Below are positions 26,801-32,000 of a stretch of 32,000 bases of DNA, piece by piece. Numbering within the stretch: position 1 is the first letter of the stretch; every line of letters starts with the position of its first letter. Source of the stretch: Planctomycetales bacterium (GTDB lineage: Bacteria; 4484-113; JAFGCY01); the NCBI GenBank assembly GCA_022646745.1, contig CP060262.1, positions 1,950,001 to 1,982,000 of the forward strand, written 5' to 3'. The translations under genes were made by a program, and so were the position numbers. Below the pieces are notes generated by a model. It was not told where the DNA came from. It ran no database searches and worked only from the letters and a program-made list of their open reading frames with translations.

Positions 26801-27124
26801 CTGGACTTCGATGGCAACGACAGTTACACGGTCCTCAATACCCCGATCCGTCCCAGCCTCGGATCGGCCTATTACGACGAGTTTGATGACCCGTTCGATG
26901 GGGATGGTGACCGCGACCTTACGCCGACGCTGGGCCTGTTCGTGGACATCGGTCCCGGGGCGGATACCTACAACCTGCCGGAGCCGATGCTGGACCGCGA
27001 TGGCAATGTGCTGACCGTGGCCGATGACAAGATCTGGGTGCGGGCCAAGCATACGGTGCTTGAGCCGGGCTGGCACAACTACGAGTATGGTGTCGGAGCC
27101 GATGGTAACTGGATGATGCCCTAG
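23837..27124 (+). CDS. Large secreted lipoprotein with a PKD domain and a C-terminal 26-residue Asp/Gly-rich repeat array
   Basis: GAGG lies upstream of ATG 23837. The N-terminus MNRTSILIYALILLLAASMSGC is a signal plus lipobox. A PKD-like domain lies at about nt 24640-24850 (FSWDFNDD…HTYDTPGLHKVRLTVFDENGGSDTD). About 12 repeats of the hLLDxxGxDxY type span about nt 25826-26980. Confidence 0.8.
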   Translation: MNRTSILIYALILLLAASMSGCGGQGTNLPQAPGTSTSDVLAPPINSNAGGSISDRDLLAMIERGESPFTFAQRAQQKMEQQLEQSNAALPGNLSGMALMPFGEAELPGNGQKITSALQDLDPTIVYADSGDITVNASSITINPGPGDLSWAMYQLNLPDGGYPLSLRLGIDTISGVGGPGQGFYVLVSNYTTKRWWMSDLFTTNGFKTIDLPTKVDLVPQNYLSPMNNLYVAILVYDGVTIEMNGLQQDTNTAPQALISETSNTYVRRTTEEFQFRSESEDGDNGIAGFSWDFNDDMVEDDNVIVVNHTYDTPGLHKVRLTVFDENGGSDTDTLYVWTYDTDDSVLPDEFMEALNEADPDPVPPPDIPLPELGFDETFEFFYSAANGGTEEWWEIPDTQDNMQWKNFTDLDGADNPYFDMRCWLPAYGSYYYDDHTEMLPFADSLANTISNWQDMQGVVQTGAWQHGIGVVNEGITLDVEDNDPLATAIKRLMNEYPDPLHDATFEQIQTEVAGVPDDFQRALARLVNAIRQAKPYHEAFMDPANSPLFADPQPDPDTWHEIFFNDSLGMAVSHDNGGPIRAYLPNNLNPKNGTNGIDYADLFQGASVLTNAMDEFHAFLDGWTPGASFDFQVRTSLGDIRVTGDGDDVINLPDWDGGMENGFYLLQVDIGGNDDYHCHAGGNAALANPIAICIDYAGNDEYFRLDDPDDVDRTVVPSNDDTHQQGSGRLGYGLLLDLEGNDSYDAVRLSQGCSNFGVGILCDLGGDDSYGVEAMGQGASLVGIGVLLDLDGMDNYACWSRAQGFSSFRGVGILSDRGGDDDTYTAESTGDPAKPEYGDGIGGVLNYAQGCARGKFPSGDASLPDGDPFVGSAGLGLLCEDGGTDSYSAGIFSQAVSFYEGTGMLLELGGDDNYAGDRFCGSIAILRAAAMLWDRSGADQYLYTGLGGCAVASDYAVTWLLDGSGDDTYEADSACMASGLKNSFSYMLDFDGNDSYTVLNTPIRPSLGSAYYDEFDDPFDGDGDRDLTPTLGLFVDIGPGADTYNLPEPMLDRDGNVLTVADDKIWVRAKHTVLEPGWHNYEYGVGADGNWMMP

Positions 27125-27152
27125 CGGCGCTGCATCACAACTGAACGACTCC

Positions 27153-27178
27153 AAGGCCGGGGATCCGTCCCCGGCCTT
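27153..27178. terminator. Hairpin between convergent genes (possible bidirectional terminator)
   Basis: AAGGCCGGGGA-TCCG-TCCCCGGCCTT has an 11-bp perfect stem. The U-tracts on both strands are weak. Confidence 0.5.
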
Positions 27179-27184
27179 CTGCTA

Positions 27185-28243
27185 TCAGGCGTCGGGTTCG
27201 TCGTCGCCAGTGCCGCTTTCCGCTGCCGGCTCTTCAGCCGCCACGGCGATTCCCTCAGCATCTGGCGCTGCCTGCATCTGCGCTGCAGCCTGAGGCGCGG
27301 CGGAGCGTCCGGCTTCAATCTGGGCCACCTGCTCAGAGTTGAGCGAAGTGCCGTCGAAGGCCGCCGCCGCCACTTCCATGTGCTTGTGTCCGGGCACCTT
27401 CGTCAGCCACATGCCGATGGCAACGATCACCAGCACCACCAGGTCGGCCGCACCCATCGGCGGCACCATGTGCGCCAGCGGGTCGCCGTAGTAAAGCTGG
27501 CAGGCCCCGAAGGCCGAGGTGAAGCTGGCGAAGGCCAGCGCGGGAATCACGGCACTGTTGGTCATCAGGAACAGCCAGATGCAGACCGCGGTCAGTGCCA
27601 GGCCGTAGAGTGCTGCGAGCGGGATTGCCAATGCGAGGTTCGGTTCCGGGATGATCGGGTTGGGGGCGAAGGCGCCGATCGCCGTGCCGAAGACGCCAAA
27701 CGCTCCGAGCACCATGAAGGCGTGCGGCAGGCCCTTCACCAGCAGGCGGCGTCCGAGCCAGCCATAGACCGGGAAGAAGGCGAGGCTGATCACGCCGGCT
27801 GCGAAGAACGGGCCGATCAGCGCTCCGACGATGGACATCACCTGGAACACGACTTTCATCGAGGCCAGCTGCGAGGCGGACACCGCGTTGCCCTGCTTGC
27901 TGGCCTGCTCGGCGCTCATCTGCAGGAACCAGCCCATCTCGGGGTCGATCTGCACGAAGCCCAGCCCGACGGCCAGTCCGACGGCCAGCAGCCCGAGCAG
28001 GATGCCGCCCAGCCAGACCGCGATCACCTGCAGCGGCCTGCCCATCACCAGCCCGTTGAACGGGTTGCCAATCGCGCCGCTGACGCGGTGCGCCACGAAG
28101 CCCAGCACGAACACGAGGATGGCCATGCCGACGCCGGCCAGCTGCACGACGGTGGTGTTGTCACCGGCGAGGATGTATGCGGCCGCGCTGCCAAGCATCA
28201 GCGCCGCATAACCGACCATGAAGACGGTCATTCCCTTCTGCAT
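27185..28243 (-). CDS. Polytopic integral membrane protein with an Ala/acidic C-terminal tail, function unknown
   Basis: There are about 8 hydrophobic segments. GGAGAG lies upstream of the ATG at 28243. It sits immediately downstream of sppA on the same strand and is probably co-transcribed. Confidence 0.7.
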   Translation of the reverse strand: MQKGMTVFMVGYAALMLGSAAAYILAGDNTTVVQLAGVGMAILVFVLGFVAHRVSGAIGNPFNGLVMGRPLQVIAVWLGGILLGLLAVGLAVGLGFVQIDPEMGWFLQMSAEQASKQGNAVSASQLASMKVVFQVMSIVGALIGPFFAAGVISLAFFPVYGWLGRRLLVKGLPHAFMVLGAFGVFGTAIGAFAPNPIIPEPNLALAIPLAALYGLALTAVCIWLFLMTNSAVIPALAFASFTSAFGACQLYYGDPLAHMVPPMGAADLVVLVIVAIGMWLTKVPGHKHMEVAAAAFDGTSLNSEQVAQIEAGRSAAPQAAAQMQAAPDAEGIAVAAEEPAAESGTGDDEPDA

Positions 28244-28317
28244 CAGATTTCTCTCCTGCAGCGCCGGCCAGAGCGCCAGATTAAGTGTTTAATACGTATC
28301 AGCCCGTGTCGTCAGTT

Positions 28318-29295
28318 TCAGCGCAGCACGATGTCGCGCAGCGTGGTGTTCATGTACAGCCGGCCGGCCATCAGGCTCAGCGGGTCGGCCACGAACTTCG
28401 CCAGCGGGTTGGGGGCCTGGCCCTGCATGCTGACACCCAGCAGCTCCTCCAGCAGGCTCGGGGCGGCCTCCGGCTCAACCGGGAAGTCCTGCCCGACGTT
28501 CGCCATGCGGCGCACCTCGGCCTTGGCCTCCTCCAGCCCACCGATCTCGTCAACGAGGCCGAGCTCCTTGGCCTTGGTGCCGGTGTAGATCATCCCGGTC
28601 GCCGCAGCGCGCACCTGCTCCTCGGTCATCGGGTTCGGCGCATTGCTGCGTCCCGCGATCACGGCCTGCATGAACTCCTCGTGCACGTCGTCGAGCAGCT
28701 CCTGCATCATGTCCTTTTCCTTGTCGGTCATCTGGCGCCAGGGGCTGCCGATGTCCTTGTATTCGCCGGCGTGCAGTGTGACGTCGTCAACGCCCCACTT
28801 GTCAGCCAGTTCCTCCCAGTTCATCAGCGAGAAGATCACGCCGATGCTACCGGTCAGGGTGGCGCCGTTGGCATAGATCTTGTCGGCGGCGGCGGAGATG
28901 TAGTAACCACCGCTGGCGGCCACGTCGCCCATGCTGACCACCACCGGCTTGCCGGCGTTGCGCACGGCCATCACGCCCTGGTAGATCTCATCAGAGGCGG
29001 CAGCGCTGCCACCGGGGCTGTTCACGCGCAAAAGCACACCTTTTATGTCATTGCTGCGGGCGGCCTGGTGCAGCTGCTCGGCGATGTAAACCGAGCTGGC
29101 GCCGGACTCCCCGAAGGGTGAGGCGGCCGCCGCGGAACCGCTGATCGCACCTTCCACATTGATCAACGTGATCCGTTCGCCACTGGGACCGCTGGAGCTC
29201 TTGAACCAGCCCTGGGCGAACACCTTGCCGGCCACCGCGAGTACGCTGAAGGCCACGAGGAAGATCACCAGTGCCTTGACTGCCTGATTGCGCAT
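28318..29295 (-). CDS. sppA: Signal peptide peptidase SppA, 36K type (peptidase S49)
   Basis: It has an N-terminal TM anchor. S49 motifs are present: GVLLRVNSPGGSAAAS, VVVSMGDVAASGGYYISAAADKIYANGATLTGSIGVI. AAGGGG lies upstream of the ATG at 29295. Confidence 0.9.
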   Translation of the reverse strand: MRNQAVKALVIFLVAFSVLAVAGKVFAQGWFKSSSGPSGERITLINVEGAISGSAAAASPFGESGASSVYIAEQLHQAARSNDIKGVLLRVNSPGGSAAASDEIYQGVMAVRNAGKPVVVSMGDVAASGGYYISAAADKIYANGATLTGSIGVIFSLMNWEELADKWGVDDVTLHAGEYKDIGSPWRQMTDKEKDMMQELLDDVHEEFMQAVIAGRSNAPNPMTEEQVRAAATGMIYTGTKAKELGLVDEIGGLEEAKAEVRRMANVGQDFPVEPEAAPSLLEELLGVSMQGQAPNPLAKFVADPLSLMAGRLYMNTTLRDIVLR

Positions 29296-29431
29296 TGCAC
29301 ACCCCTTGTCAGATAATGCTGATTATATCGCCGGCCAGACCCTGGAGCGAGGTGGCCAAACCCGCCCGGTAGGACGGCAGTGGAGGCCGGAGTATGTTCA
29401 ATCCGGGCAGTCTGGGTGCGATTTCAGGGAG

Positions 29432-29463
29432 TTATCCACAATTATTCCCCATAATTATCCACT
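29432..29463 (+). promoter_or_regulatory. Pair of DnaA boxes
   Basis: TTATCCACA (29432-29440) is a perfect consensus and TTATCCACT (29455-29463) has 1 mismatch. They share orientation and are 23 bp apart. Confidence 0.5.
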
Positions 29464-29503
29464 TTACTTAATACACGTGTAGTAAAACAGTAGTTTGATA
29501 CTG

Positions 29504-29530
29504 TTCCAATTTCCAATATGCCGTTATAAT
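29504..29530 (+). promoter_or_regulatory. Candidate sigma70-type promoter with no ORF downstream
   Basis: A perfect TATAAT lies at 29525-29530. The -35 is weak (TTCCAA at 29504-29509, 15-nt spacer). Confidence 0.35.
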
Positions 29531-29536
29531 CCCAGC

Positions 29537-29721
29537 AATCGCTGAGAGGTGTTTTAGCGGATTCGGGGCTCAGCGATCACCCGAGTCCAACGAGGTGGTG
29601 GTAAGCAGATGAAGGCGCGGAATCTTCCTTTGAATACTGCCATTTCCATTAACTAGCCTATCCCGTTTTTCCGCCTTTCTATATGAGCCGTACCTTGCCC
29701 CGGGTACGGCTTTCTATTTTT
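29537..29721 (+). ncRNA. Candidate ~185-nt small RNA of unknown class
   Basis: It is bounded by the TATAAT at 29525-29530 and a strong intrinsic terminator at 29686-29721. Internal stems are 29538-29546/29569-29577 (9 bp) and 29612-29622/29669-29677. The only ORF inside is a 14-codon one. I could not match it to any known RNA family by eye. Confidence 0.3.
29686..29721 (+). terminator. Rho-independent terminator with no upstream plus-strand CDS
   Basis: AGCCGTACC-ttgccccg-GGTACGGCT is followed by TTCTATTTTT. Confidence 0.75.
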
Positions 29722-29906
29722 CTCCCCGACGGATTTGCAGGTTGCGGCGGCTGGCCTGGCTGCATGCGCTATTCAGATAAACCGTATATGCAATCCAGCG
29801 ATTTCCATCCAGTGTTTGATTTGTGTAATAACTGCAGGAATTGCAGGGAATAATGCAATGCGCATGGTAGATTTATTCCCCACCGCATTCACAACTTGAA
29901 TTTGAA

Positions 29907-29941
29907 TTGAAATCACAATCGCGCGATGATATATTGTGATT
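29907..29941 (+). promoter_or_regulatory. Near-consensus extended -10 promoter overlapped by a 9-bp perfect inverted repeat (operator-like)
   Basis: The promoter is TTGAAA (29907-29912), a 17-nt spacer, then TGaTATATT (29927-29935). The inverted repeat is AATCACAAT (29911-29919) / ATTGTGATT (29933-29941). The ATG lies about 45 nt downstream. Confidence 0.55.
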
Positions 29942-29985
29942 GTGGACAGGTGGAATTACAAATCATTGGACAGACAGGAGATGAT

Positions 29986-30348
29986 ATGGACCTGAAGGAT
30001 GTGATCAGCCTCGTGGACCTTGCGGCCCGCTTCGCCAAGGCCAAGGGCATGGACAACCTTGATTACCAGTGGCTCCGGACCGCGCCGGGCCGTGGCTCCA
30101 GCAAGCGTGAAAAGGTCGGCAACAGCCTCGCCGTGCTGAAGGCGATTCGCGCATTCAATGACAGCAACAGCAAGGCCATCCAGGTCTACAATGCCAAGGG
30201 ATATGACGGAACCCCGAAGAAGGTAATGGTCATTGAAAAGGCCGAGATCATCCGCCTGAAGGGATTCCTGCTGCGTGGTGGAAGCCAGAAGCGCGGCCGG
30301 ACCAAGGAGACCACCGAGTTCAAGATCATCGGCAAGGCGGAAGTCTGA
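29986..30348 (+). CDS. Small, highly basic hypothetical protein (120 aa)
   Basis: AGGAG lies 5 nt upstream of ATG 29986. The protein has about 25 K/R against about 13 D/E. I recognise no motif. A terminator follows it. Confidence 0.65.
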   Translation: MDLKDVISLVDLAARFAKAKGMDNLDYQWLRTAPGRGSSKREKVGNSLAVLKAIRAFNDSNSKAIQVYNAKGYDGTPKKVMVIEKAEIIRLKGFLLRGGSQKRGRTKETTEFKIIGKAEV

Positions 30349-30378
30349 GCCGGGGCTTAAATCAGCAATTGAATGACG

Positions 30379-30406
30379 AAAAGGCCGCTCAATCGGGCGG
30401 CCTTTT
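30379..30406. terminator. Bidirectional intrinsic terminator between the small basic protein gene and the NUDIX gene
   Basis: AAAAGGCCGC-tcaatcgg-GCGGCCTTTT has A/T tracts on both sides. Confidence 0.75.
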
Positions 30407-30408
30407 GC

Positions 30409-30927
30409 TTATCCAGCGTCGCGGGAAACGTCGGAATTGCGGGCCAGCAGCTGCTCGAGGATTATCTCGGCGCGCTCAATCACCTCGCGGTTGCCGTCAT
30501 AGCGCACCACTTCCTTGGCTGCATCAAAGCTGAACCAGTAGGCGCTGGCAATTCCCTCTTCGCGTGTGAAGCGGGTGACGGTGAATTCCCGCGTATGTGC
30601 ATGCATCAGGAAGAAGTGCACGGTCTTTCGGTGCAGTTCATGGCGGGGCATCGGCGGGAAGGAATATTCGATCTTGCCGAGGTAGGCCAGCACGTCCAGT
30701 TCGCTGACCGGGATGCCGGTTTCCTCGCTCACTTCACGGCGCGCGGCATCCTCGAAACTCTCGCCGGGATTCACGTGCCCCTTGGGCAGCAGCCACTGCG
30801 GATGGCGGCCCTTGTCAACCTCGATCAGCACGAGGCGGGCCTGGCCGGAAACCTCGTCCAGCACCACCCCACCGCAGCATGTGTGATCCACGAATGACAG
30901 TCCTGGATTGCTGCGGTTATTGCTCAT
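30409..30927 (-). CDS. NUDIX hydrolase
   Basis: The Nudix box is GHVNPGESFEDAARREVSEETGI (Gx5Ex7REUxEExGU). Confidence 0.9.
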   Translation of the reverse strand: MSNNRSNPGLSFVDHTCCGGVVLDEVSGQARLVLIEVDKGRHPQWLLPKGHVNPGESFEDAARREVSEETGIPVSELDVLAYLGKIEYSFPPMPRHELHRKTVHFFLMHAHTREFTVTRFTREEGIASAYWFSFDAAKEVVRYDGNREVIERAEIILEQLLARNSDVSRDAG

Positions 30928-31138
30928 GGCCAGCCATTATAACATTGCAAGATTAATTGTCTGGTGCTGGAGGTATTGCTGGTTGAGGCGGCCGAAAATA
31001 TCAGACAAACTTGAGTAATTCGAGCCGCACACAAAGGCAGGCTGACACGCCATGATTTATAATTTCGGCGATTGACCAAAGAGATTAAACAGGGGCGGCA
31101 CCAAACCCCTCGCGCACATACCTTGAGGAGGAGCGTGC

Positions 31139-32000
31139 ATGTCGATCATTAAGGAAAAACTGTCTTCACAGATCCCCGCGATCCGTGAGGAGATCAAGGG
31201 CCTGCTCTCTGAGCATGGCGAGATGAAGATCTCCGACGTCACCGTTGCGCAGGCCTATGGCGGCATGCGCGGCATCAAGGGCATGATCTGTGACACCTCG
31301 GTTGTCGAGCCCGATTCGGGCGTGATCTTCCGGGGACACCCGCTGCTGGAGGTCACCCACCTGCTGCCGGAGGAGATCTTCTGGCTGCTTTTGACCGGTG
31401 AGATCCCCAGTGAGGCGGAACGCAAGAGCCTGCGGGCCGAGTTCGCCTCCCACAACAAGGTGCCGCAGTACGTCTGGGATGTGCTGGACAGCATGCCCGC
31501 TGACAGCCACCCGATGACCATGCTCAATACCGCGATCCTCGTGATGCAGCATGAGTCACGCTTCGCCAGCCGCTACCACCAGATGAACAAGCTGGAGTAC
31601 TGGGAGGCCGCGCTCGAGGACTCGATGTCGATCCTCGGCAAGCTGCCCAACATCGCGGCCGCGATCTACCGCAAGCGCTTCAACAAGGGCGAGCGCATCC
31701 AGCCCAATCCTGAGCTGGACTGGGCCGCCAACTACGCCTACATGCTCGGCCTGCCGCAGACCGAGGACGCATACAAGATGATGCGCCTCTACCTGATGTC
31801 GCACAGCGACCACGAGGGCGGCAACGCCAGCGCCTTCACCTGCCACACGGTGGGCAGCGCGCTGTCCGACCCGTTCTACTCCGTCAGCGCCGGCCTCAAC
31901 GCGCTGGCCGGGCCTCTGCATGGCCTTGCCAACCAGGAGTGCCTGGGCTTCGTGCTCGACCTGAAGGAGAAGCTGGGCGGCGGCGTGCCGACCAAGGAAG
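31139..32000 (+). CDS. Citrate synthase, eukaryotic/mitochondrial-like type; 3' end outside the window
   Basis: This gene is not in the supplied ORF track because it is open at the window edge. GAGGAGGAG lies upstream of ATG 31139. My translation reads MSIIKEKLSSQIPAIREEIK…AQAYGGMRGIKGMICDTSVVEPDSGVIFRG…LYLMSHSDHEGGNASAFTCHTVGSALSDPFYS…LAGPLHGLANQE. Confidence 0.9.
   Translation, partial: MSIIKEKLSSQIPAIREEIKGLLSEHGEMKISDVTVAQAYGGMRGIKGMICDTSVVEPDSGVIFRGHPLLEVTHLLPEEIFWLLLTGEIPSEAERKSLRAEFASHNKVPQYVWDVLDSMPADSHPMTMLNTAILVMQHESRFASRYHQMNKLEYWEAALEDSMSILGKLPNIAAAIYRKRFNKGERIQPNPELDWAANYAYMLGLPQTEDAYKMMRLYLMSHSDHEGGNASAFTCHTVGSALSDPFYSVSAGLNALAGPLHGLANQECLGFVLDLKEKLGGGVPTKE

Noticed and set aside
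27380-29121. Plus-strand ORFs of 402 aa and 278 aa antisense to the membrane protein and sppA
   Set aside because: They are His/Arg/Gly/Asp-rich shadow translations. The minus strand has TM segments, S49 motifs and good SD sequences.
29296-29985. Calling this region the chromosomal origin (oriC) outright
   Set aside because: There are only two strong DnaA boxes and one weak one. The window has no dnaA, dnaN or gidA neighbours and no obvious switch in gene-strand bias. It is kept as a finding to test, not annotated as oriC.
1-32000. Scan for tRNA, rRNA, tmRNA, RNase P and SRP RNA signatures (e.g. GGTTCGAATCC T-arms, the GAGGAAAGTCC P4 region, the GGAAGCAGC SRP motif)
   Set aside because: I saw no convincing matches by eye. 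A computational scan (tRNAscan-SE, Infernal) would be needed to be sure.

Overview
High-GC (roughly 63-66% in genes) bacterial chromosomal segment, probably from an uncultured lineage; I cannot assign taxonomy from the sequence. It mixes housekeeping genes with lineage-specific secreted or repeat proteins. The housekeeping set is a purL-purF operon, ftsY, a K+-dependent-type membrane pyrophosphatase (hppA), sppA, a NUDIX hydrolase and a mitochondrial-type citrate synthase. The lineage-specific set includes an SLT lytic transglycosylase, an FGE-sulfatase-domain lipoprotein, TPR and HEAT proteins, a QEGLA/DUF1704 protein and a 1095-aa lipoprotein. I found no rRNA, tRNA, CRISPR array, integrase, intact transposase or recognisable defence operon. 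Most long ORFs antisense to the called genes are GC-driven shadow ORFs. The most unusual items are: (1) a ~205-aa in-frame insertion in PurL that reads like a catalytically dead REP-associated tyrosine transposase (HUH/Y1) domain. (2) Directly upstream, a low-GC cassette with a GxxExxY (PD-(D/E)XK) gene bracketed by 35-bp inverted repeats, next to REP-like GC hairpins and a GCAGARA heptamer array. (3) A 26-residue Asp/Gly-rich solenoid-like repeat (about 12 units) in the large lipoprotein. (4) A 690-bp AT-rich intergenic region holding two DnaA boxes, an orphan promoter-terminator unit (candidate sRNA), and a near-consensus promoter with an operator-like palindrome driving a small, very basic protein. 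(5) A ~55-aa insertion in the last cytoplasmic loop of the pyrophosphatase. All functional calls rest on motif recognition by eye and recalled family signatures; no database search was run.
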